From NCBI RefSeq assembly GCF_006345805.1, contig NC_043005.1, forward strand, positions 18,476,001 through 18,540,000: DNA of 64,000 bases, in the 5' to 3' direction. Within the stretch, counting starts at the first letter, position 1. Each line of letters opens with the position of its first letter. The DNA is from Octopus sinensis (taxonomy: Eukaryota). This document shows, piece after piece, positions 1-11,935 of the stretch. Both the position numbers and the translations under genes were made by a program. Below the pieces are notes generated by a model. That model saw only the letters and a list, made by a program, of their open reading frames with translations. It was not told the origin of the DNA and did not search any database.

Positions 1-32
1 AAGGGTTATTATTATTATGATTAATGTTGTTG

Positions 33-87
<55 letters not shown>

Positions 88-146
88 CATTATTATTATA
101 ATTATTATTATTATTATAATTATTATTATTATTATTATTATTATTA

Positions 147-202
<56 letters not shown>

Positions 203-232
203 CCTTGCATCATCATTATCATCATCATCCAC
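1..232. repeat. (ATT)n microsatellite grading into (ATC)n
   Basis: Directly visible; it explains the poly-Ile ORF 17..259. Confidence 0.98.
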
Positions 233-679
233 ATTGCTGCAGTTTTGTTCCTTTTTTGAGTGTTGACAAAACGTGCTTTCTTGAGCGGGTTTCGTGTGCT
301 TAATAAAAATACATTGCTTCACTTCATAAATTCGATAATCTGCCTTTTTCTTTCTCGCTTGTGATAAATCTGTTTTCCTTTTTTAAGTTCTCACAATGCT
401 TCTCTGAAAAGCAAAGTACCATCTTTTCAACACTTTACTTCAACTTGTTTCGCTTGCTCAAAATTCATAATAGCTTCTTGGAGTATCAGGAAGATGTCTC
501 CCTAGGTTGTGTGGTACCGCAAACGTAAACTATCAAACCTTAGCTAGTGAAAATACTCGTGATTGGAAAAAGATAAAGGTTAATAACACCAAAAACATGC
601 CAAAAATAATAATAGCTTTGCGATAGAAAACTGCACCGACGCTGATTTAAGAAATCGCAGTTAAAATCCAAGCTACAAA

Positions 680-1435
680 AATAACCTTTTCATTGTCATA
701 GAGACACGAATAAATATTGGGGAAAATATTAGTAACTATAGAAACTGTTTTGCACCCGTTGCTAGACAAACAAAATTTCTAAATATGGATCTCAGTCGAA
801 AAAGGAATCTGGAATGAGGTGTCGTAAAAGCGTGTGTCTCTTTGTCTAAAGAAATTTTTCGTTAACGAGCAATGAAAATTAGCATATCATGGCCTCAAAG
901 ACCAGCTGCTTCTTTAATAGTATACGCTAAAAGGCAACTGAAAGGAGCCTTGACTGGTGGGATGAGCAGTGTCACATCTACCGACCGATACAACTGTAAG
1001 GAAATATTTTCCTAGTATTTAAGACCAAAGGCAAGGGTGGCGATCAGCACATCTTCACATGAAATCATACCACAATACATGCACCTGTACAATGACAGTG
1101 TGATTTCCAGTGGTACTGTTAGTGAGGTTGGCATCTGGCTCGTCAGATATGCAGCGCAAACATGCAGGCTACGGGAGGACATAAGTGACTTGGGTTCTAG
1201 AAGGGGCTGTGTGAAATTTCAAATCCTAATGGCTTACGAAAACGAGAGGTACATTCCAGAGCTATGCTTCATCATGGGCACAAAAACAAATGCAATGAAA
1301 CAAGCTATTACATGTTTTTGTAAATGGACCCTCTGGTGTCTTTATTTTAATGTCCTACCAACGTATACAGCGAGTCTCTCTACCCTAGGTGTCAGTAAGA
1401 CACAGCAAGAAAGGTAAATAGAACTGTAAGAAGAT
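680..1435 (+). mobile_element. Degenerate, internally deleted R4/Dong-type LINE fragment
   Basis: 897-911 reads KDQLL (cf. CKDQLLINRM in ORF 35602..36426). 1381-1415 ccctaggtgtcagtaagacacagcaagaaa matches the 3' UTR of the copy at 33610-33680 (ccctaggagtcgggaagacactcggcaagaaa). It is followed by an AAT-type tail. Confidence 0.55.
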
Positions 1436-1496
1436 AATGATGTTGATGATGACGATGATAACAACAACAATAACAACAACAACAACAATAATAATG

Positions 1497-1533
<37 letters not shown>

Positions 1534-1607
1534 TAATAGTAATTGTCAAGACTGTGTACCTTTGTGAAAGGTTACGTCAATTCTTTTAAAAATATAATAA
1601 CAATAAC

Positions 1608-1644
<37 letters not shown>

Positions 1645-1745
1645 TAATAATAATAATAATAATAATAACAATAATAGTAATTGTCAAGACTGTGTACCTT
1701 TGTGAAAGGTTACGTCAATTCTTTTAAAAATATAATAACAATAAC

Positions 1746-1786
<41 letters not shown>

Positions 1787-1972
1787 TAATAATAATATGA
1801 AGAAGAAGAACAAGAACAAGAAGAAAAGAAGAAGAAGAAGAAGAAGAAGAAGAAGAAGAAGAAGAAGAAGAAGAAGAAGAAGAAGAAGAAGAACAAGAAG
1901 AAGAACAAGAAGAACAAGAAGAACAAGAAGAACAAGAACAAGAAGAACAAGAAGAACAAGAAGAACAAGAAA
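1436..1972. repeat. Compound (AAC/AAT)n then (GAA)n/(GAAGAACAA)n microsatellite containing a 138-bp tandem duplication
   Basis: The unique segment aattgtcaagactgtgtacc... occurs at both 1541 and 1679. Confidence 0.95.
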
Positions 1973-2742
1973 AGACATGATGATACATTTATGGTACAAT
2001 CGTTATAATGCTTTTTGTCCTGAAGGATTATAAATGCAGAGAAAGAGAGATAGAAACTTGCCGAAGCAATAAGATCAAGTCCTGGAAGGGAAGAATTTCT
2101 GGCAGTACCGGGCGTCAGAGCCGAATGCAATATTTTTATGGACTTCGAAAATTTAGCATGTTCCCCGGGGTCAAACGTCAAAGACCAGGTTTATCTCTTT
2201 TGTTGAAATCCAGAAGTGGCATTTCATCACCTTTGGACAACGAATAAGATATGGAGAACAAACATGAGTGGAGAACAGCCGGAAATATTCGATGAGTAGA
2301 TGAAAGTTGTATCCAATGACGAAATACCAACAACAACCAAAGGAAATTTGAACAGGCGATAATCACGTCTCTCCCGAACAAACCATTATTCAGAGGCCAT
2401 CTTGCTTAGATGCCATGGAGTTCACACTATTAAGAACACAATCACGGGCTTCACAAATATCCAAATCAAAATATAAAAGGGACATGAAATGAGAGTAGGG
2501 TTGGTTTTGAATAGATTTATGGTAAAGTACAGAAAACTGAAAGGATAGATTTCTGATAAAGAACATCAAAATATATGTACCTGAAATGCCGACAACTTGT
2601 TTGGGCAATACAAGTCCAAGTGGCTGGCGGGGAAAATCATAAAGTACTCTGGCCCGATCTAACCAGCGGGCTTGGTCCCTGCGCGGGTGGATTACCCTAA
2701 AAGATATTTCTGTTTTTATTAATAGTATATGTTTTTAATTAT

Positions 2743-2882
2743 TGCAGCGTGGAAGGTGTTTAAAAGCCATTTAAGAAACACACAAAACCGTTAGATTCAC
2801 TTCAACATTTAAATTTAATTTGTCAAAAGATTTTCGTCGCTTTGAGACCGCGACCTGTTCACTGACAACGCTTCGTGCTGCA
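2743..2882 (+). mobile_element. Short interspersed element with TGCAG...CTGCA inverted termini (MITE-like)
   Basis: A second copy lies in reverse orientation at 47001-47147. The terminal inverted repeats are imperfect. Confidence 0.6.
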
Positions 2883-3998
2883 TCTTAATTTTAATTATTG
2901 TATTAGATATAATTGTTTATGTTTTTATTTTATATCCAGTTTTATATAATTATCAATGTATTTAATTATCTACTAATATTTTATACACTCTATAATGTCT
3001 TTAGCACCCGACCCCATTTTGTCATAACTACTTGTTCATCCACACAATTTTTGTAAGCCCTATGTTTTTCATGAAACAAAAGATTCTAGTGGCAACAATG
3101 GCAGATTATTATTGTTGTTAGAAACGGTTTGAACGGAAGTGTTTTAGTTTTGCTTTCTTTGGCTACAAGATTGTGTCACGTAAAGCTAGTTTAATTAAAT
3201 TTTGCAGCAAATTATTTTATCGAATATTTTGAAAATTGTTTTGATCTGATTTAATATAATGGTATGAACAGAAAAATGCTACGAACATGAAGCAGAAATT
3301 ACCAATATGGCTGCTTTGCATGCATGCTTGAATTGGAAAGGGAAAATTTTGTATTTTCATGAAACGCAAGCTGCCTAGTCTGGGATTCTGAGAACTCGAT
3401 CCGTAACAAAAGTAACTATATCATCATTATCATTATCATCATCATTGACATGATCACTATTATCAACGATAACAGTATTAATAAAAGTGAAATTTGTTCT
3501 CACACATAGATACAAACACCGTTGCAGGAGAAGCGGCGACGAGTACTATTGGTCCTCAAAGGACCAGATAAAGGAAGTTCTGGCTAGTTCCTGGGCAAGT
3601 ATCTAACACATTAAGAAGGGTACTTTTTGCAGGAGTTCAGCATCATTAACACAGAGATTGTATTCAAAACACCAGCTGATAAGCCTGTTTTAGTAATACA
3701 AAATTCACAGTGATTTGAAGGACTAAACCTCAATTAATATGTGGATAGATTAAAAGTTGGAGAGTCACCTCTTAGTAATATCTGTATGTGTGTGTGGCGA
3801 GGTTGGGGTGACGGGAAATATTTTAAAGACATTATTTGCAATTATATTTTATTTTGATTCCTGTGGCTTCTTTTAACTCATTAATTGTATAACGTCCTCG
3901 ACTCGATTTATTTATACAAACGTTTCTTTTAATACCCACGGCCTTTGTAATCCTTGAATGTTTCAAAATTTATTGTATTATTTGTGCGAGTTCTTAAA

Positions 3999-4217
3999 GG
4001 CAGCGAGATGGCAGAATCGTTAGCAGATGGGGCAGAATACGTAGCGGCATTTGGACTGTATTCACGTGCTGAATTCACATTCCGCCGAGGTCAACTTAAC
4101 CTTTCAATCCTTCGAAGTCGATAAATTAACTGCTAGTGAAGCATTAGTGTAGGTGTTATCGACTTGTTACTTCAACGCAAAATTTCAGGCCTTGTGCCAT
4201 TAGTTGAAAGGATTATT
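3999..4217 (+). mobile_element. SINE, ggcggcgagctggcagaa family
   Basis: Homologous to the copies at 7108, 39516, 51566 and 57303. It is flanked by a ~22-bp imperfect TSD (attatttgtgcgagttcttaaagg / attatttgtgtaagttctttagg). Confidence 0.85.
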
Positions 4218-4329
4218 TGTGTAAGTTCTTTAGGTATTTTAATTTCTGAGTCCAAAGTCTATAAATGTCAAGATAACCTTTCAGTACCGTTCTCTGACGG
4301 TATCAACGTTATGTGACTAAGGAGTGGTA

Positions 4330-4620
4330 ATTTTTGCTGAGGAAAAAAATCCAAAATGCCGGAGGAAAGAAACATTTTTTCTAAAATAAAGAAAAATCAT
4401 AAAAGGTTCAACGTTCTTTGAATACCAAACCTACAGTTAACAGACGAAATCATGTGTCTGTGTTGCTTTGGATATTCAAGGAATGTAAATGTGACGAAGG
4501 ATATGTTATTGGTAAAAACAATGCACATATTTTATAACGAACTAAAACAGACTTTTCCTGAAGATGCTGGTTGTGTATTCCACCCAAACGCAAAAATTAT
4601 TAATGAATTCTTTTGGAAGC
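4330..4620 (+). mobile_element. Degenerate Penelope-like 3' end with a decayed hammerhead
   Basis: The AEEKN..RRKE-like phrase resembles a GIY-YIG C-terminus. CTGAAGA-TGCTGG...CCACC at 4558-4584 is present, but GAAA has mutated to CAAA. Confidence 0.35.
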
Positions 4621-5048
4621 ACGAACCAGTAATACAAACAATGACAGGAGACGAGAGACGAGAAATGACTAGGGACTAGGGGACGAGTCTGTTGTTATTT
4701 TCTCCACTGTTTCTGGTTTTATTGTATTTTATTACATTTTGTTTCCTTCCGACTATACCTTATTTTAATAACAGTGCTTTTTCGTACTTTTCATATATTA
4801 TCTGTAAACGTGTACTCTATATGTTTAAAATGTTCCATTTATATAAGATATAAAAACCCTTAAACCCTCTCCTTGACTTTCTATAAGTTACCCCCTCTCG
4901 CTCTCCCTCAATCTCTCTCTCTCTTTCTGTCTGTCTGTCTCTCTGTATATCTCCTCCTCTCTCTTTCCACACCTCTTTGTAAGTCTTCTGTTTAGAGTTT
5001 CTTTGCATTTCTTTAAATATCTTCCAGTTTTTGTGGCTAATAAACAAG

Positions 5049-5053
<5 letters not shown>

Positions 5054-5128
<75 letters not shown>
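5054..5128. repeat. (ACT)n microsatellite
   Basis: Directly visible. Confidence 0.97.
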
Positions 5129-5129
<1 letters not shown>

Positions 5130-6214
5130 TCAGTTTTACTTTTAATTAAATTTGATTGCGTACTATAAATATTAAATTCAACCTTTCAATTCGTGTCGAC
5201 ATTGTCAACGTATTATAAAACAGCAAAACAGTTCATGCGTCAACATGACCTGACAAGTTTATATTGCTGGCACAATACATAAAATCGTAAGCGATTATAT
5301 ATATATATATTGGAAGCAATTAACAAGAACATTTTACCTATAAATAATCAAACCGGTTCTACTAAAGCTATCATCAACAATATTCGCAGAATTAATGCAG
5401 AAGTAATAAAGCAAATTCTTAGATCAATGACGATATCTTATACAAGTAATTCAAACACAAGATTTGAGGAATTTGGAGTAAAAAAAAAGAAATGGTTATT
5501 TTTTAATTAGATAAAATTGTTTATGTCTTAATTCTTTAATATGAGCTGATACCCACTTTTAGCTGTTGTTGTTGTTTTTGTTTTTGTTGTTTTTGTTGCC
5601 ATTAAACTAGGCTACGGTTAATGGTCTTCCATTCGGCACTTAGTTTTCTCACAGAGTGTATCTAAGACTCTATTAACCTGTACGTCTTTCTGCGGTCATG
5701 TTACTGTTCTTTAACCATTAGTCTGTCAATACTTATTAACCCCGTGTTCATAGACATTCCAATTAAGACTGTCTTGTCATATATTTAAGACACGACATAT
5801 CCGACAAAATGCTCTCCAATGTGTTTTACATGTTAACAGAGAATGTTGCTTCATGGAAATATTTTCCAAAGACATCATCATCTATAATCATAGAAGGTCA
5901 AAAAATTGTGAACTATCAGAAAAAAAATCACTGTAGACTCTTGTTGGACCACTAAAGGAAATTAATATGAATTTATTTACGCGATTGTATTTGGAACCCT
6001 AATTCGCTAAGTGAAAATAATACACCCAAACACGGTAGGGAGCAGAAAGATATTTGATAGTTTCAACGATTGTGGCGTTCATACTGTTTATGGTGTCGTT
6101 TAGTCTCGGATCAAACTTAATATAACAATCCTGTGAACGAAATATCTTAACTAATAAGATCATATCTTTACTGATATAAATCACCTCATCACCCAGTGTA
6201 CTTACTTGTACTTG

Positions 6215-6580
6215 TACTTGTGGCGACTTTCACCCTGGGCGGGTTGAGTCGGCTTCTTCTATTGGAAGAAGTTTCGTGGGAATACGTGGATTTCTCAAGC
6301 GGTCCCCAACAATCCCGCATGTAGAGACATCCTGTTTGCCGCAGATTATCCGCAGATGCAGGGACAGAACAACCGAGGAGCCGCCGGTTACCAAAACTGA
6401 CACTCCGAGGATTTTCATTAGAGCCCCGTCTGCCGGGTTGTGGCCCTAATACCACTCGGTGTCAGACCAATCCGCCTTGGGTGGCCCTACCAGGAACCGA
6501 AGTTCCCGACAGCATAGCTCTAACACTACCCCTTGCTAGCGTCCCCACCACGGTGAGGAGGGGATGGACTTTGGGGAGGC
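6215..6580 (+). mobile_element. GC-rich RTE-type LINE 5' leader-like fragment with no downstream ORF
   Basis: The motif ggtggccctaccagga...cccgacagcatagctct...ccccaccacggtgagg resembles RTE 5' UTRs as I recall them. Several local hairpins are visible. Confidence 0.4.
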
Positions 6581-7107
6581 AAAGTGTGACTTAATTCGAT
6601 TAAACTGGCCGTCTAATTTCGCGGAAATATTTTGCTATTTCTCGCATTTCGAGTCAGTACGTATAGAATTCCTGCCAGCTCGTGCTTTTCACAAGCTCGT
6701 TAGTAGTGAGGGTGAAACGAATTTACTTCTGATGAGAACAAGAATCTCGGTTTCTGTTTTGATTGCTTTTTGTCATTTAATACCCAGCAATGAATTAATA
6801 AAAAAACAATGGTTTTGCTTTGACTCGTTACAAAGAACTTGCGTTGTAAGGAAGATGATAAATGTAAATACATATTGGGAGACATAGTAGCTTTGCAGAA
6901 GGTATTATCAGCACTAGGAAACAGAATGTTCCCAAGTCAGCTGAGTGTGTCAGCTGAGAATTGAAAGAGAGTCACAGATTAGTTTGCTATGTGCTTTGTG
7001 GTGCTAACCATACAATCTACAAATTTGACTCAATTCTTTAAATTTGTAGGGTTGAATAATAAGACCGTAAGGCGTCCATTCTTTTCTTAATACCATTATC
7101 CAAAGAA

Positions 7108-7955
7108 GGCGGCGAGCTGGCAGAAATGTTAGCACGGCGGGTGAAATGCTTAGCAATAATTTGTTTGCCTTTACGTTCTGACTTCAAATTCCGCCGAGGT
7201 CGACTTTACCTTTCATCCTTCTGGGGTCGATAAATTAAGTACCATTTGCGTACTGGAGTCGATCTAATCGACTAGCATCGTACCCTAAAATTTCGAGCCT
7301 TGTGCCTATAGTAGAAGAGAATATTATTAGCCAAAGAAGGCGGCGAGGTGGCAGAAACGTTAGCACGCCGGACGAAATGCTTAGCGGTATTTCTTCTACG
7401 CTACGTTCTGAGTTCAAATTCCGCCAAGGTCGACTTTGCCTTTCATCCTTTCGAGGTCGATTAAATAAGTACCAATTACGCACTGGGGTCGATATGATCG
7501 ACTCAATCCGTTCGTCTGTCCTTGTTTGTCCTCTCTGTGTTTAGCCCCTTGTGGGTAGTAAAGAAATAGGTATTTCGTGTCCTGTTACGTTCTGAGTTCA
7601 AATTCCGCCGAGGTCGACTTTGCCTTTCATCATTTCGGGGTCGATTAAATAAGTACGAGTTACGCACTAGGGTCCATGTTTGTCCCCGCTATGTTTAGCC
7701 TCCTGTGGGCAATAAATAAACAAATATTATTAGCCAAAGGTGGCGAACTGGCAGAAACCTTAGCACGCCGGGCAAAATGTTTTGCGGTATTTCGTCTGTC
7801 TTTACGTCTGAGTTCAATCCACCGAGGTCGACTTTGCCTTCATCCCTTCGGGGTCGATAAATTAAGTACCAGTTGTATACTGGGGTCGATTTAATCGCCT
7901 GGCCCCCTCACCAAACATTTCGGAACTTGTTCCTTGAGTAGAAATGAATATTCTT
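7108..7955 (+). mobile_element. Head-to-tail array of ~4 units of the ggcggcgagctggcagaa SINE
   Basis: Units start at ~7108, 7339, 7569 (headless) and 7739. The linker attattagccaaag is repeated. Confidence 0.9.
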
Positions 7956-8271
7956 TGCCAATATGTAGCATAAGAATTATTGAATAGTGAGCGGGTAATC
8001 ATTGCTCGTTGGTGATTCTGAATACTGTAACTAATCTAAGAATTTAGCCAAGAAAAATATAATGCTTTAATACCACACTTCGATTACTATTTGAAATATC
8101 AGAGTATCAATTATGCTGAGCTTAGATCTGCATATAGAGAGAGACATAAAATTTCGCTGTTATGTTATTTACTACCACTTATTGGTATTTCAGTGTTAGG
8201 CGAATAAGATAGCATCTCAAATTCTTTTCTGAGTCGAAGATGCATCGCCAGCGAGTGCGGTCGCTCTAAAA

Positions 8272-8572
8272 CAGCGGTTCCTAAAGTGGGCAGCACTGCC
8301 CCGCTATTGACGGCGGAAAGATCAAGAGTGGCGTTAAAGCAAATTGGGTAATGAAATGGTAGCCAAAAGAGGCGATGAATGTAACCCCCACACACATACA
8401 CACACAAAGAAAAATATTGCGCTAATTAGGTTAAGTTATATTTGTGAAATACTTGTTTAAAATTTGCTGCAGAAAGTGGTCTACGTTTGTGGTGCTGAGT
8501 TGGATGAGAGGCGCCAGGAAGGTGGCAAGAGTATCTAGGGGGCGGCAGCCCGGAAAAGTTTGGGAACCAATG
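8272..8572. mobile_element. hAT-type MITE
   Basis: TIRs cagcggttcctaaagt / aagtttgggaaccaatg; 8-bp TSD ctctaaaa / ctctacaa. Confidence 0.8.
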
Positions 8573-8939
8573 CTCTACAAGGTGTAGTAGCTAAATGTCT
8601 CTGGACATACGCTATTGTTAAGTGAAATAAGGATACACTGGGCAATGTAATGTATTCCTGATAAACAACAGTACGAGACTGTCACGGCTGGAAACTCGCT
8701 TAAATAGTAGGCCTGCGCGATCACGGCTCATCTGTGGTTAAACAACAACTAGAATGACATGGTGGCGGCCATGACTATGGTCAAGATACTGGATATAGGG
8801 ACAGTATCATGTATTACTGATTTACCTTCGTACAGCTATTAGCAAGAGAGAAAAAGTATATGTGCGTTACAATAGAGCTATTTAGAATGTTACATTTAAA
8901 GTAAACTGAGGATGTGTAGGGTTAGTGAAAATAGGCATA

Positions 8940-9334
8940 TCTTTATATATAAAAGTGAAGTTGTGTGTCTGTCTCCTGCGATTTAGATTCCTAACTACTC
9001 CCACATTTTGCGGTGCAGTGTAACAAAAACCGGGTATCTTATAGTCGTGATTCATATCGAACTCTTCTGGGTATTAGCGCGCGTCTACGATGAGTCTACG
9101 ATTTAAAAAGAAAATGCCATCATTGTTTTCCCATTTTTAATGCATTTCTTTGCTATTATATAAGGGAAGTAACTCTCTAAAAATGTATTATTAAATCTCA
9201 GAACGTAAAAAGCTACAGTAACACCCCCCTTTGTGGTTAGCCATATTGAGATGGCTATTATACTTTACATCTCTAAAAATGCTTATATAGTTATTTCCCT
9301 TACAAACCCGAACAACGCCGGGCGATACTGCTAG
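8940..9334 (+). mobile_element. Non-autonomous Helitron
   Basis: 5' TC, a subterminal cccg...cggg hairpin, 3' CTAG, and insertion between A and T. Homologous to 16790-17680. Confidence 0.9.
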
Positions 9335-9728
9335 TATTTAGTAAACAAGGAAATGCTGGAAGAATTTATTTCCTATGTCGAAGAGGTCTAATGAAGAGAG
9401 GAGACATTTATACACACAGAAATATTTCTAAGTAATATAATATAAATAACATAAATATATAAAAAATTATTCAATTTCAGTATTATTTTCAAAACTTGTT
9501 TATGCATTTGAAAAGTCTGAAAAACAAAAACTATTCTTATAATTAATAGCTATTAATTAATATGGTTTATAACATTAATTAATAATCAGAAATAAACAGG
9601 ATCCGAATTATACTTAAAGAAGGAGTGTTGTTATTGGTGATTTTGTATTTCCTTTGTTGATGGTGCTGGTGCTGTTTATCCTCTGATTTAGTCCGAATCC
9701 AGCAGAGCCACAAACATTCTCAGTATGT

Positions 9729-10051
9729 GGATGCACATGGCCTAGTGGTTAGAGCAGCGGACTTGCGGTCGAGGGATCGCGGGTTCGAATCTCAGACCGA
9801 GCGATGTGTGTGTGTGTGTGTGTGTGTTTATGAATGAAAAGACCTAAGCTCCACGCGGCTCCGGCAGAAGGTAATGGCGAACTTCTGCTGACTCTTGCGC
9901 CACAACTTTCCCTCAATCTTCCCCCCCCCTGCATCTTGCAGCTCACCTGCAAAGGACCGGCGTCCCGTCCAGGTGGGGAACCTATAAGCCAAGGAAACCG
10001 GGAAACCGGCCCTTATGAGACAGACATGGCTCGAGAAGGAACAAACAACAA
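9729..10051 (+). mobile_element. tRNA-derived SINE (ggaggcgcaatggc head group), tail type 1
   Basis: A-box-like (tggcctagtggtt) and B-box-like (ggttcgaatc) motifs; ends gagaaggaacaaacaacaa. Confidence 0.85.
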
Positions 10052-10108
10052 TACTGCATTATGTGATATATGTAACAACCTCACTTTTTATACTGTATAG
10101 TGAGAGTA

Positions 10109-10494
10109 GTGGAGGCGCAATCGCCCAGTGGTTAGGGCAGCGGACTCGCGGTCGTAGGATCGCGGTTTCGATTCCCAAACCGGGCGTTGTGAGTGTTTAT
10201 TGAGCGAAAACACCTAAAGCTCCACGAGGCTCCGGCAGGGATGGTGGTGATCCCTGCTGTACTCTTTCACCACAACTTTCTCTCACTCTTACTTCCTGTT
10301 TCTGCTGTACCTGTATTTCAAAGGGCCGGCGTTGTCCCTCTCTGTGTCACGCTGAATATCCCCGAGGACTGCGTTAAGGGTACACGTGTCTGTGGAGTGC
10401 TCAGCCACCTACACGTTAATTTCACGAGCAGGCTGTTCCGTTGGTCGGATCAACCGGAACCCTCGTCGTCGTAACCGACGGAGTGCTTCCATCC
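10109..10494 (+). mobile_element. tRNA-derived SINE, tail type 2
   Basis: tRNA-like head and 10-bp TSD agtgagagta. Near-identical to 55835-56219. Confidence 0.92.
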
Positions 10495-10516
10495 AGTGAG
10501 AGTAAGAAAGGTTTGG

Positions 10517-10564
<48 letters not shown>

Positions 10565-10867
10565 TTCTCTGGTAGGTGGTGTCACTGCATAACAAACTTC
10601 CGCTGTTGGCTAGTACGCAGAAGAGATTGATATATACACCGTATCGTGTATTACACATTTACCATCGTACACTAATTACAATAGATGCACCACTCGATAA
10701 TTTATTGATTGGTACAAGCAGAATATGAGTGAGGATGTCTGACTGATTTAAACGACACATAAAGTTAAACCAGGCGCCTTCATTTAAGTTACTCTTACCA
10801 AATGAATAAATGAATCACGACGTAAATGAACAACATCTCACACAGGGAGATTAAATCAATATCACGT

Positions 10868-11151
10868 CACGTGACCAACCAGACCATCAGATGTTGCTAC
10901 ACATCGCTGGTCACAATGCGTTTGCATTGTTTTTAGCCTTCGAAAGACGCCACCCCGCTGGCTAAGCGAGCAGGCCAACAGAAGAAAGAGTGGGAGAAAG
11001 AGTGGTGAAAGAGTACAGCAGGGATCACCACCCCCTGCCGGAGACTCGTGGAGCTTCTAGGTGTTTTTCGCTCAATAAACACACACAACGCCCGGTCTGG
11101 GAATCGAAACCGGGAGTCCGCTGCCCTAACCACTGGGCCATTGCGCCCCAC
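10868..11151 (-). mobile_element. tRNA-derived SINE, tail type 3
   Basis: Same head and body as 10109 but a different 3' part, which is shared with 47597-47882. Confidence 0.9.
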
Positions 11152-11894
11152 TTAAAATCAATATAATTTACTAAAATATTCTATAACACTAGGGGTTCAT
11201 TCGTCTGAGACAAAAGCAATGGTTAAGTTAATGTCAATATAATTAAGTCAAGGAATATATAAAGTTAATTTAAAATATCTATTTTTGCAGTAAGTTTTTA
11301 AGAAATCTGAATCTACGAGTAATATTAATCAAATTATTTCGTCAAAAACAGGAGACAACAAAAGTTACAGTCCTTTAATTGTTTTAAAGTAAGATCAGAT
11401 ATATATAAATTTTTGTGCGGAACTAATTAATTAATTAATACGATGTGTCGTTTGTTATATTATTCTTCTGCTACATATATTGTCAGAGCTTCACTACAAG
11501 ATGATTTCGCCTGGAGATTGAGTGATACATAAATACTCTGACTGAAAGAGTGAGTTTCGTCTGGTGGAATGGGATCGATCTAGTTCATATTTTCGATTTA
11601 CACCTAAAGTAGATTTTGATATGAAAAATGTTTTTGAATATTTGAGTAAAAGGGCACACGGTCATATTGATAGGTAAACAGATAAAGATAGACACGGAGG
11701 GATAGAAAAAGAGACAGAGAGATTGGTCATGTTTTAAAAATACGTTGCGTTGTAAATACGACTATCTTTCTCATTTTTCTTTATATTAAGTAAATTTTTC
11801 ATATTTTGACGAGAAATATTTTGTTTCGTTTGAAACAGCAAAATTTCCAGGTCCGTCTCATAGAGATATACAGGGAGAGAGAGGAGAGAGAGAG

Positions 11895-11935
<41 letters not shown>

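Noticed and set aside
7108-7955. CRISPR-like or rRNA-like repeat array
   Set aside because: The units are 150-230-bp SINE bodies, not short repeats with unique spacers, and the context is eukaryotic.
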